Position numbers and translations under genes: made by a program. A stretch of DNA of 64,000 nt from Schmidtea nova. Lineage: Eukaryota. The DNA lies in contig CM097884.1 in the NCBI GenBank assembly GCA_044892505.1, positions 110,236,001-110,300,000 of the forward strand. Direction: 5' to 3'. Shown one piece after another: positions 27,444-39,600 of the stretch; position 1 is the first letter of the stretch; each line of letters opens with the position of its first letter. The notes beneath the pieces are model-generated. The model worked only from the letters and a program-made list of their open reading frames with translations. It was not told the DNA's origin and made no database searches.

Positions 27444-28574
27444 ATGATTATCTTTTCATCTATGTCTTTTTTATCTCCAGTTGGAAGCATAATTTGTCTC
27501 TACACTTCTTCCATTTTAATGCCAGCGTCAATTTTCGTTCTATCAAGCACAGTCCGACAAGTTTCTTTGGATCAACTGCGTGACGTAATGACGCTTTATG
27601 TTTTGGGAGTGAAAGTAGCTACGTCTTTTCTAGGTATCAGTACTTCTCTTCTAGCACACGTAACGGCAGTATTTTGGCCGAAAAAACTGGTCTGTTGGAT
27701 TTTGATGATAATGGGAATATTATCATCCTTTGGTGCCATGATGTCGATTTCGACAATATTTTTCAAATCGAACTGGAACAGTCACATTGAAGCCATGCGT
27801 CACATCATGTTTCTCGTGGCTGAAATTGTTATCATGATAACGGCAATGGTTTTAAGTATCAAAATTGCTCTCCGTTTCAAATCTCAAGACGAATATGAAA
27901 ATTACTACAGCGGAGAATCGTTTATTATCATTTCTGGGGTACTAATTTCCGCTCTGTTGCTATTGGCGAGTATTACGTCATTTGTTGGATTCATAATCGG
28001 AATATACGTCAACACGCAATTGTTGCGAGAATCTACGGTGGTTGGCGGCGGATTATATTCCGGTTTCATGGGAATTATCATTGGTATTTTGTATCTTAGC
28101 GGAGTTAAGCTTTGCAAACTGAAAGCCCAGTTGATTATGCATCCGATTATTATCATGCTGGGAGTACTAAATTTTGTTGGAGCGATTACGTCATTTTTCA
28201 CAGAAGAACTGGAACTAGCCGCAACGATAGAGTACATCAAAAACAATCAGCTACTGTCAAATGAATATATCCATTATAAAATTTTATTATTATGTAAATC
28301 AACATTAGTAATGTTATCCTCTCTATTCATGGCAGTTTTTATCTGCCCAATGATTGTCTCATGCTATCTGTTGACATATAAAATTAATTTGAATAACAAT
28401 TGCCCGTCGGTAGCCGCCAATGGTAATGATTCGGCGATCAGAAAGTATCAGAATAAGTGTGCTAATCTCTCACTTGATAGAGTGCTCAAACACCAGTATC
28501 ACATGGATTCATTGGAGATTTCCGCTATGACAGCCACAACAAGCGGGCTCAATGTAGACTTGGATGATAGATAA
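27444..28574 (+). CDS. Uncharacterised multi-pass membrane protein (~376 aa, ~8 TM segments)
   Basis: Uninterrupted ORF with higher GC than its flanks and long hydrophobic stretches throughout. Acceptor-like tttatttag ends at 27435, just upstream of the first ATG (27444). Confidence 0.75.
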   Translation: MIIFSSMSFLSPVGSIICLYTSSILMPASIFVLSSTVRQVSLDQLRDVMTLYVLGVKVATSFLGISTSLLAHVTAVFWPKKLVCWILMIMGILSSFGAMMSISTIFFKSNWNSHIEAMRHIMFLVAEIVIMITAMVLSIKIALRFKSQDEYENYYSGESFIIISGVLISALLLLASITSFVGFIIGIYVNTQLLRESTVVGGGLYSGFMGIIIGILYLSGVKLCKLKAQLIMHPIIIMLGVLNFVGAITSFFTEELELAATIEYIKNNQLLSNEYIHYKILLLCKSTLVMLSSLFMAVFICPMIVSCYLLTYKINLNNNCPSVAANGNDSAIRKYQNKCANLSLDRVLKHQYHMDSLEISAMTATTSGLNVDLDDR

Positions 28575-28717
28575 ATTTCCCAAATAATTCTCCAGCAATT
28601 AAATTTATTAATTTTTTTTCGTTGGAAAATTTTTATTGATCAATGGAAATAATTTATTGAAAAATTTATTATTATTTATTGTTATGAATTATTATTAATG
28701 ATTATTATTTATTATTA

Positions 28718-28758
<41 letters not shown>

Positions 28759-29099
28759 CGAAAAATTAAAATTTGATTTTAATTATAACTATTTGTTGAC
28801 TAATGCAGCATTTATTTTTTAAAAGTGTATTTATTATTATCATTATTATGCTTAAAGTATTTTCTGTTTGACTTTATTGTTTATTTGTAATTTATTGTTT
28901 CTTAAAAATGAACTTTCGATGAATTATTAAATTTTTCGCCTAATTTGTTTGTAGAAATCTTTTATTTAGTAAAAAATTATTTGTAAATTTTAGAAATATT
29001 TATCAAAACTTTTTATAATTTTTAATTATATTATATTATAATAATTATAATAATAATATTATTATCAATAATTCTCATAATGACTATAGATCAAATTTT

Positions 29100-30160
29100 T
29101 TTTATAAACAATAACACAATATTTCGGCACAGCCTTTATCAAGTGTGTATTTCAATCGTTATATTAACTTAATCCTAAATAGTAACCTTAATTATTTTTT
29201 TAATATTTTATAATGATTTTATTGGATGAAAAAATTTATTTTAATTTTTTTGTGCGAATTGAATGTTGATGGACGGTTTGTATTTTTTTATGAAAAAAGT
29301 CTCGGAAGCTAATCTTTGTAATGAATTTTTGAATCCCTCTTGTAGAATCTGGCATTTTGTTTCTTCTATAGATGGAGTTGTTTTATGTACTTTCTCCCAG
29401 TGTTCGTAATAATTACTGGTTTTGATTTTAGTGTGTTCATTAAGTCGGGTGCGAAAAGTTCTATGTGTTTCTCCTATGTAAGTAGCGTCACATTTTTGAC
29501 AAGAAAGTTTATATACTATATTTTTGGAAAAGCAAAAGCATCGGGTTGTGGAACGGCAAAGACATTTATGTTTGGAGATGTTGGAAATTGGTGGCTTTCG
29601 GAGTTGTGATTTTAACGGTGCGGAGGTTATGAACGTTGGACGGATGTGGATAGGCAAATCTGTTGGTGATTTTGTTGGCTGTAGTGTCATTTAGGAAAGG
29701 TAATCTTAGATATGTTGTGTGTTTGTTATTGTTATTGTGTTTTTGGCGTTTTCTATTGTTGCGTTTATTGTGGTATGGTTCGTTAAGGAAGTGTTTCTTT
29801 ACAAAGTCTTCAGGGTATCCATTTTGGAGGAATCGTATTTTGAAGTTTTCTAATGTTTCTTGTATTTTGTTTGCGTCTGAACAGTTTCTTATGGCTCTTT
29901 TTCTTTCTCCTATTAGTAATGCGATTTTGCGTTGAAGTGGAACGTGGCTTTTCCATGGGAGGATATGACCGCTATGTAAACTTTTAGAATATAGCTCGGT
30001 GTTTGCATTTAGTGTATCTTGGCCTTTTGTAAAACTTACCATGGTATCTAAAAACGGTATTTTATCTTCTGTGTTCGGTGTTTCAAAAGTGAATTGTATG
30101 TTGGTGTTAGTAGAATTTGCGTGTGATAATAATTTAATAATTATTATTATGATCAACAAA
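29100..30160 (-). mobile_element. 5'-truncated Penelope-like retroelement
   Basis: RT C-terminus (IPFLDTMV, SGHILPWKSH) and GIY-YIG (NIVYKLSCQKCDATYIGET..RLNEH) in ORFs 29566-30159 and 29241-29690. Confidence 0.9.
29114..29146 (-). ncRNA. Degenerate minimal hammerhead ribozyme relic
   Basis: ACAC-TTGATAA-A-GGC tgt GCC-GAA-ATAT-T-GTGT. Same architecture as 12525-12565 but with two core substitutions. Confidence 0.5.
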
Positions 30161-31065
30161 TTCGAATTTGTGAAAAAATATAGCTAATTTTTGAATGGTG
30201 TAACAATTTTTTATAATAATTTTTTATATTGGGGATTGTTTAAACATACACAAAATAAAATAAAATGTACACAAAATTGAGTGCAAATCGATGAAAATTT
30301 AAAATGTAACAAATAAAGGGCAAAATTATTTTAAAAAATTTAAATCAATATTTTTAGGGGGAAATGAGTATGAGCAAATGCCAAATGATAAGACGAATCC
30401 AAATATAGTAATATAAGATCAATAAGATTCCACAAATATATATTAAGAAATACAAACAGATAAAACTTAATTAACTAATGGGAAACCCGAGCAGTAGAGG
30501 AAACTCAAATTGAAAATAAAATAATTACATTTCTTAGAATAAATCAATCGTATGAAAATCTCAAGCAAAAGAAAAACTCGGGAGATAGAAAACCCAAATT
30601 ATGAATTTATTTAATGATTGTCGATGAAAGGCGGCTGCGGCTGTCAAGGTGAAATTACTAATTTAGAGGAATGATCGAAAGGTTGGATTGAAACAATTAT
30701 TAAATTCTATTGAAGGAAACTACTATAAAAGCGGAGAGCAAATTCTAAAAATTGCCAGTTTGTTGAAAATAGAAGTTTAAGCGATTCAGTCATAGAGTCT
30801 TTAAAAAGATAAAGTTAGTTATTCAGATTGATCAAAGATTGAAACAACAAGTGATAACTACAGTTTTGTAACTGAAACCTGAACCAACGACAAGAGAGGG
30901 AATACTTACCCCTATCGTAGCAAAAGTGTAGACATAAAGAATGTGTTGTAACGTCTAAACCTTGTAATAAATTGAATAAAGGTTTTAAAAGTATAGATAA
31001 ATGAGTGGAGCTATTAATAAAGAATGGTCATTCAAAACGATCTTTGATGATGATGATGAGAGAAC

Positions 31066-33195
31066 CAGGCCAGGATTTACGCATTGGCACAATTTACGGC
31101 GCCGTGGGCCTCATGACTGTAAGGGGCCTCTTGTTCATTAAAATAAATTTTAATAATAAGTATGTAAATCGTAGACTTTCTCTGTTTCCTTGTCAAACTT
31201 TCACGTCATATAGTGACTATGCTCCAAGCCTGCAACTAATATAAATATTTACTTTGTCTTCAATTTACGGCATAAATAAACCAAAAAGGGGGAAAAACAT
31301 GTAATATAAAAGTGAAATACATATTTTGTGAATACATATTTTGTTTATAAAAAGAAACGCTAATTGCGTAATTTTGATTTTCATTCAAATCGACATTATT
31401 CGATAATTTTTCCATAGCCTAACGTTTTCAGTGATTACTGTGAAGCTCCGAAAGTTAAAAGCTCTCTTAGTTGTCCTATAGATATATCTGGAAGGTAAGT
31501 AAATATGTTTAATTGTGTTGCTTTACATGACTATATTAAAATTATAAATATATACTGCAGAATAAAATAGGCAAAAATTTCGAAATTTTAATAAAACTCT
31601 ATGAAAGTTATTTTAATATCAAATACTCCTAATATTTTTGAGTTAAAGAAACAGCAACATAGAACTGCCTTGTAATATTCACCAAAAAAAAAGAATAAAA
31701 AGTTAAAGAGTCAGAAAAATGTCCTCCTGGTCATTCTAATATTAAAACAAGAGGTCCAATATTATTCATAAAGTATTTCGCATAGTATAGAGCTTTCTTT
31801 AGTTCCATTCTATTATAAAAATCAGAATATATAGTTTATATGGAATGTTCATAAGTTATTTTCTAAAAACATGGGCTTCACTCCCCATATGAACCTTATG
31901 GCTCGTGTTTCTATAAGGTCTGGTGCATGCCTTGTTATTTCTTTCACTAACCCACTATAGTATTCTGATTTTCTGAAAATAATTTCACTGCCTCATATCA
32001 CATCATCTCACATCATGTTTTCTTCTTTGAATATATTTAGCTGAGTGTAACTTAGGAATTTTCTTCTCTATATTCCTACGTTTTTCTTTCTTTCCAGAGC
32101 TTGGATACCTGGATTGTCAGCGAACCATCCAACCATGAGAAGTTTTCTTAGCAGTGCAGCTAAGAGGAAAAGAACAAAAGAGCAAGAAGAGAAAAGGAGT
32201 AAACTACCTAAAGTGACCTCATTCTTTACCGTAAATGTAATCAATAATCAGCCTCAGTCTACTTCGATGGAGTCAGGAAACCAACTTGATGATGTGATTG
32301 AAACTGAAAAATCTTTTTGTCAAAGTCAATTGAAATTTCAGTTGAAACTGAGCAGTGTTTGTCACCAAATTCTGAAAAGCTTCCATGCCTAAGCACCCAC
32401 AGCACAGATGATAATGAGCAAGTGAATGTAATCAAAGAATCTGTCCCTGGAGATGATCCAGTGTATGGATAATAACAGATAAACTGCGTGAGTGGTTTAC
32501 TGAACAGTTTCCTTAGAGAAACATTGGTGACTTCAGTGGGTCTCTTCGACTATACCCAAATGACAAAAAAACAAAAATGCGTTACTTGACTGAAGGGTTA
32601 TTTCAACGTAGAATGCCAAATGGTGAAATTGTGCAACGTGCATTCTTGGTATATTCACCAACAAGAGGAGCTGTCTTCTGCTAGGTTTTTCAGTTGTTTA
32701 CACAGAAACCTTCATCTTTTTCTTTGGATGGTTTTAATGATTGGAAACATGGCCACAAAAGTATCTCTGAACATGAAAATAGTATCTCTCATTGCAATGC
32801 TTTGATCACACTTGATAAGTGGAAGACTGAAAAATGTCGTGTAGGTCATGAAGTTATTCATCATTACCATCAACAGAAAAAGTATTTGTGTGATGTTTTA
32901 AAAAGAGTAACAGCAGTTGTACAATATCTTGCTGCTAGAGGTTTGCCTTTTCGAGGTAAAAAATAGGAATTTGGCTCCAATCAGAATGGTAATTTCCTTA
33001 GAGCGCTGGAACTCGTAGCTGAATTTGACCCATTCCTAGCTAGTCACATTGCATACTATGACAATGCTGGAAGTCGAAAAACATCTTATTTATCAAAAAC
33101 AACTTCTGAAGAATTGATCCTTATCATGGGAGAAGAGCTGAAAAACATTATCAAACAGGAAGCGAAGACTACCAAGTATTTTGCTCTTATTATTA
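31066..33195 (+). mobile_element. 3'-truncated degenerate hAT element (ZMYM1-like transposase)
   Basis: TIR-like CAGGCCAGGATTTA at 31066. Transposase relics from 32135: MRSFLSSAAKRKR, LVYSPT..AVFC, DGFNDWKH, LAARGLPFRG, GNFL..LEL.AEFD. Cut off by a Penelope fragment. Confidence 0.8.
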
Positions 33196-33199
33196 TCTC

Positions 33200-33655
33200 A
33201 GAGAACGGTTGATGTATGTATAAATAATCCTAAGGATTTTTGAAAACGTGAATATAATAATACTGATTACTGTATTGCCGTTTTGCCGTATTTGGAGGGG
33301 TGTAAAGAATGTAAAGGGAAGATAGGAAAGCAATTGAGCGGTTCAAACTTTCTTGCAAAGCGAGTAGTATGTTTGTTATTAAGTCGCAAACTCCGGTTGT
33401 ATTTTATTCAGATCTCGTATATCAATTTACATGTAATGGGTGTAATGCCACATAAATTGGAGAGACTGCCCATCATCTTTGTACTCGAGTTCTTGAACAT
33501 GGTCGACCGTAGGAAGTGTCCAATATTAGTGATCATAATAAAATCTGTAACAGAAAGATTGACATTTCTGATATTAAAATTTTATCAAAACATTTTAATA
33601 GTTATTATGAACGCATAAGTGAAGTATCGTTGATAAGATTGTTTTAACTGAAAGG
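33200..33655 (+). mobile_element. Penelope-like GIY-YIG fragment
   Basis: DLVYQFTCNGCNAT*IGETAHHLCTRVLEH at ~33410-33500, homologous to 25400-25510. Confidence 0.8.
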
Positions 33656-33684
33656 AAATCGGCGCCCTACCTGGAGGCGCCACA

Positions 33685-34235
33685 TTGGTCATATCATTCT
33701 TGCTCATGAAGGTATAAGCTTCCCCAGTTTGACCTGTTCTACCTACACGATGAACATATTCCTCGATATTTTTTGGGAAATCGTAATTGATAACTTTCGT
33801 TAAATCTGGAATATTGAGACCACGAGATGCTACATCCGTAGCAATCATAATATTCCTAGCGCCTGATCTCATCATTTTCAATGCCATTTCTCTTTCTTGT
33901 TGATCTAAATCTCCGTGAATTTCACATGCTCTTACTGCTCCTTTCGGACCCAATAAGCCTTTTGATCGTTTTAAGAATAATTCAAATGCCAGATCACTAC
34001 ATTGGGCCTTTCTTGCCACAAATATAATGATTTTATCTTCTGGTTTAATTTCTGAGAATAATTAAACTAATCATTGAGTTTTATCGTGATAATTGACATA
34101 TTCAACAAATTGCCTGACTGTGTAACAAGGGTTTAGATCCAAAGTTCTAACATTAACTTGATAACAAATTTTATCTGGATGATCTTCTCCGACAGATTCA
34201 GAGGTAATGAGAAAAATTTCATCGTTTTCGTTCAT
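33685..34235 (-). pseudogene. In-frame chimera: S-adenosylmethionine synthetase N-terminus (26 aa) fused to a DDX43-like DEAD-box helicase C-terminal domain
   Basis: MNENDEIFLITSESVGEDHPDKICYQ|VNVRTLDL...[24 protein letters not shown]...IHGD...ATDVASRGL...[18 protein letters not shown]. One frame, two stops. Confidence 0.85.
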
Positions 34236-35949
34236 TTATTTTAAATTTTCACAAACAATTAAAGTTTATTTATATCGTAATTTAAATCCAACAAAATTCA
34301 ATTCACATTTAAATCAATCCCATCAAATTCAAATATCCAACAAAAACAAATTTCCTTTTTTAAATTCCCTCACAAATTCGATTAATAAAACAACGATTTA
34401 GAGAAAATTGATTCAAAAAAATAAAAATAATTTACTATACTAATAATTCATTACAAGCCCCTTCCTCGCGGCTGTGTGTTAGAATCCATAACAACCAGTA
34501 CATCGCACACAAACGCGAGACATAAAACCAACATCGACCACGCGCACACAGACGCGAAAGAAAATTTATATATTGCCCACACAGACGCAGTAATAAATCA
34601 AAAGGCACAACGCGCATACAGACGCTTTTTAACTGTAAAAAACAACACTGCCAATTAATCGCGCACACACATGGCTCAACATTTGGGCCATGATTATCCA
34701 AAGATCTTTAAATTTTTAAATAATGTGCAGTATGTTGTGAATACGTGTATTTTGAATGTTTTTAAATAGTTTATGTGTTTTTTGTGTTTTGTTGTATTAT
34801 TTGAATTGAATGATGAAATTAAATTAAATTGAATTGAATAATGAAATTAGTTTTGGTAAAATTTAATAAATAGTAAATATTTTAAAAAGTATATTTCTTT
34901 AAAATATTTTAGAAATTTTAAATAAAATTTGTTAATAATTAATCATTTTAAAATTAATTTGTGGTTTGATTCTTTATAGATTAGAATTATATTTTAAAAT
35001 AATATTTAAAAAATTTAAAAAAGATAACTTCTTCATCTAATTATATTTTCTAATTTGTTTATTTAACTTGATCTTAGCATAATTTTTGTGGATACTTGAA
35101 GATGGTAGGGAGAATATTGAAATATATAGTTCGCATGTTGTATAAATAGAAATTTACATTAATTAAAGGTTATTGTGTTGGGTGACTTAAAATGATTTTA
35201 AAAAAGAGCATAAGGAGTCAGATAATAGTAACGACGTGAAAATAAATAAACCCATCAGTTAAAGTTGACAACCCTAAAGCGACAAAAACTAATGAAATTC
35301 AAAAATTATATATTCTAAGTCCTTCCTACCAATGCTGAAATTGTTGAGTATTTATCAATTAGTCAGTACTGTTTGTCTGACTCCTTGGTGTTTTTATAGA
35401 ATTGATTCAAGAAAAACCCATCATAGTAAGATTTATTCGAAAGTATGACACTCTTTACAACAACTATTTGACACAACCTTTGATAATAGTAAGTCTTTTC
35501 ACACAATTTTAACAACTTTTATTTTCACTGCTTTTTCGATTGAGCAAAGGAATAAGTCTCCAAAAAGAATCTCTCCTTTTCTAAATTAATTTGATTCTAA
35601 CTACTGCTGATTCTTGACCTCTCGTCTTGCAAATATTTACTAACTTTTGTTTTTGACTACTCTGGCAAACTTTGAAATATGCCTATCCTTTTCATACTGT
35701 CTAGCTTGTTGAATTTTTCTTATATGATTAGGTTGTCTGGCGGTTGCCTCTTAAGTTAATACTTCATAATCTAATTCATTATAATAAAATTGGTAATTAC
35801 ATTTCCATCAAATTGAGTTTTCATGTTTCGTTTAAAATCAATTTACACGGGTATAATTAACTTTCTCGCTGATCATCCGGGTTCCCACGCTAGTCGGGTT
35901 CTCCATTGGCTTGGGTTTCCCATGTATTAATTCTTAATTAATGTATTAA

Positions 35950-36608
35950 TCTTTATATATAATTACGCTCATCACTGATTCACTGACTGATTCACTGACT
36001 GATTCTATAACGCAAGTAAAGTGAAGGTGCTTATTGAATCGAGAAACATTTAGGATAAAAGGCGAAAGATTATATGGAAACATTTAGGATAAAAGGCGAA
36101 AGATTATATGGAAACATTTAGGATAAAAGGCGAAAGATTATATGGAAACATTTAGGATAAAAGGCGAAAGATTATATGGAAACATTTAGGATAAAAGGCG
36201 AAAGATTATATGGAAACATTTAGGATAAAAGGCGAAAGATTATAGGGCAACGTTTAGAATAATAGTAATTGTAAGGCGCATAAGGCGCCAGTTGACAAAT
36301 AATAAAATAAATGAACAATTTGATGTACGAAATTTTTATTAAAAATTAAATTTCTTTTATTCTTAAGCAATTGAAAATTATTTCTGTTATATATATATGG
36401 AATGGCAAAAAAAATTGTTTTTATTGAAGAACGTCTTGAAAAACTACATTCCGTGTGAATTGTCTTTGATCATTCAAAGATTTCCTTGCTGTGGATTCGA
36501 TTCAATAAGCATCTTCACTTGACTTGCAACTCTTGATTAATTTTTAATTTGCAAAATAAACTTTTATGATTTGTCAACGGGCGCCTTAGGCGCCTTAAAA
36601 TTACCTAG
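35950..36608 (+). mobile_element. Non-autonomous Helitron
   Basis: A|TC 5' end, CACTGACTGATT repeats, 3' hairpin GGCGCC-tta-GGCGCC (36580-36594), 10-nt spacer, CTAG|T. No TSD. Confidence 0.85.
36043..36246. repeat. 34-bp tandem repeat, 6 copies, inside the Helitron
   Basis: GAAACATTTAGGATAAAAGGCGAAAGATTATATG at 36043, 36077, 36111, 36145, 36179 and 36213. Confidence 0.97.
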
Positions 36609-39600
36609 TTCTTAATAAGTGTAATAATTCTTAATAATTCTTAATAATTCTTAACTCTCCGCTTCTTAAGAACTGTTCCACTTCTTCAGCCACTCGATTC
36701 TTCTTTCTTTCGTTACTTCTTGCGAATGTAGTTCAACTCGACGAGGTGATAGAAATCTGATGATTTTATATGGGCCATCGTACTGCATACCATTCTTGTG
36801 TCTGTTCTGCGGTTCTTTGCGTACGAGTACCTCCTCTCCCACCTCAAAAACACGAGTGCCTCTCTTTGCTTTATCCATAGCTCTCATAGTGTCTGCGGCT
36901 TTACTCGAGCTGTATTTTGTGTTTTCTATCCATTCGCTTCTTGAGATATCTGCTTGTTTCAGGTTTGAATGTAGGTTAACACTCCTTCCATAAATTATCT
37001 CGAATGGTGATAGACCTGTAGCACTCTTTTGGCTGCTATTTATACTGAACTCTATTCTAGGTAGAAGTTCATGCCAGTTTCTCTCTTTGTCGCTGTAAAA
37101 AGATCTCTTACCGTTCGTATGGCTCGTTCGGCTAATCCATTTGATTGGTGCTGGTAAGGCGAGCTGAATTCCTGTTTGATTCCAAGTTTCTGTAATCTCT
37201 GTCTTAGAAAATTCCCTTCGAAATTGCGTCATCTATCTGTTAAAATGCTCTTTGGTTTTCCGAATCGAAAGATCCAACTGTTAAGTATCGTTTTGAAAAT
37301 TGTTCCTTCGTTTTGCTTCGGAATTGCGGTCAAAGAAATCAATTTACTAAAACGGTCCACCATTACTAACATATATTTTTAATGGTGTTTTTCTCCATGT
37401 GGGCCATAATCCATAACAATCTGTTCTAGGAATTCAGAACTACATCTAGGGATAAACATTTCTTTGGTTCTTGTCTGATTGATCTTTCTCTTAGAGCAGA
37501 TATTGCAACATTGTAAACAGAGCTAAATTGTTTCTTGCATCTTCGGCCAAAAAAATATCTTTTCCATATAATGGAATAGTTTCTTAACTCCAATATGACC
37601 TAATTCTTCATGTAAGGTTGTTGTTAATAAGCCTGCAAAGGTTTCTGGAACTAACATCAAAATATATTCGTTATTTTCTACTGTTATTAATCCTCTATCA
37701 ATTCTTGTATTTTTTACGTTAAATGGGAAACAATTTTTTTCCCGTGCGCATCCATTTTCTAATTTCTCTCGTAACTCTTGAAACCTAATGTTCTTCTGCT
37801 GTTGCTCCAATACTTTTTCCATAGCTTCTGTTCTTTGGATAGTATATATCTGATTTTTGACTTTCCTTCCTTGGTATCTTCATGTCTTGTTTGACAGTGG
37901 GAACAAATCATACTTTTTAATCTTGATAGCCCATCTGCATTTGAATGTTCTTCACCTTTCCGATATTTTAATTCAAAATCATATTCAGACAAGTTTGCTA
38001 ACCATGTTTGAAACTGCGGACTGATTGGTGTTTTTGTAATGTTCATGAAAACCAATGCTTTGTGGTCGGTGCGAATTTTGAATTTCTTTCCGTAAAAATA
38101 TTCTCTAAAATGTATGACATACTCATGTACAGCGAGCAGTTCTTTCCTGGTTACACAGTAACCCTTTTCATGTGATGTCATATGTCTCGAACCATATGCT
38201 AGAACAGGATTCTTCTCCATCTTCTTTAAGTTGGCTCAAAACTGCTCCAATAGCTCCAAAGCTAGCATCTGTGTCTAAGATAAATGTCCTACTTTCTCTT
38301 GGATAATCAAGAATAGGTGCCTCGCACAACCGTTCCTTCAGTGTTTGGAAACTCTCATTGCATTCTTTAGTCCAAATTATATATTTATCGCATCCAGATG
38401 TTGCGGTATATAGTGGTTCTGCGATTCTGGCATAGTCTTTAATGAATCTTCTATAGTAGTTCGTTAATCCGAGAAACGATCTTAATTGCTTTGAACATTT
38501 TGGTATTTTTGCTTTCTCGATCTCTTCAACTTGCTTTCTGTTTGTCTGGATACCCTTCTCGTTAACTGTGTGCCCAAGGAAACACAATTCTGTTTATTGA
38601 ATTCGCATTTTTCTGGATTTATCTTCAGTTCTGCCATTTGAATTCTTCTAAATATTTCCCCTAGTAGCTCATCGTGGTCTTTTTGACTTTTCCCATAAAT
38701 CAAAATATCATCTAAATATACAACTACTCCTTTGAAAAGCATTCCTTCTAGTACTTTGTGCATCAGTCTCTGGAATGTCGCAGGAGCTGTTGCAAGGCCA
38801 AACGGTAGTCTGTTAAAGCAAAATTGTCCTTCTCTTGTACTGAATGCAGTCATTTCTTGAATTTCTGGGGCCAACTTTACTTGATAGTATGCCTGACCTA
38901 AATCAATTGAAGAAAATATTTTAGCATTTGCAAGACAGTCTAGTAAGAATTTGGTATTAGGCATCGGAAATGATTCCTTTTCTGTTATGGCATTCAATCC
39001 ACGATAGTCTACACACATCGTGATGGATCCATCTTTCTTCCCTACTATAACTAACGGGGCATTCCAAGGACTCTTGAAACACTGAATCACATTTGCTTTT
39101 ATTAATTCTTTTATCAGTTCTTCAATCTTTTTCTTTATGTACATTGGTTGACGCCGAGGATGTTGCAGTATAGGCCTCCTCTTATCCGCATCTCATGTCA
39201 AACTAAATTTTTAAATCCCAAATCAAATCTCGACGCCATAAAGATTCCGCCGTATTTCCTGATCATTCCTTCAATGTCTTTATTATCCTCACTTGCCATT
39301 GCCATCAGTGCTTTATTTATTCTTTCTTCATCAGTGTGGATTTTGTTTATGTATGAGGTTTCTATATTATTGATCTTCATTAACTTAACTCCAAACTCTT
39401 TCATTGTATCAATACCCCCTATAAATTCGGGTTTGATCTATTTTACAACCACTACTGTGATAATTTTGGTCTTCTGATTCCATGTGGCCGATATATTCAT
39501 ATATCCCATTGCTTCTTCACCTCCAGTTGAAAAAACGCCGCATAATAATATAGTACTATGTTGAAGGTCTGGTTTGTCTATTCTCACCCACAGATATTTG

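Noticed and set aside
36043-36246. 34-bp repeats as a CRISPR array
   Set aside because: Head-to-tail with no spacers, no cas genes, eukaryotic context, and inside a Helitron.
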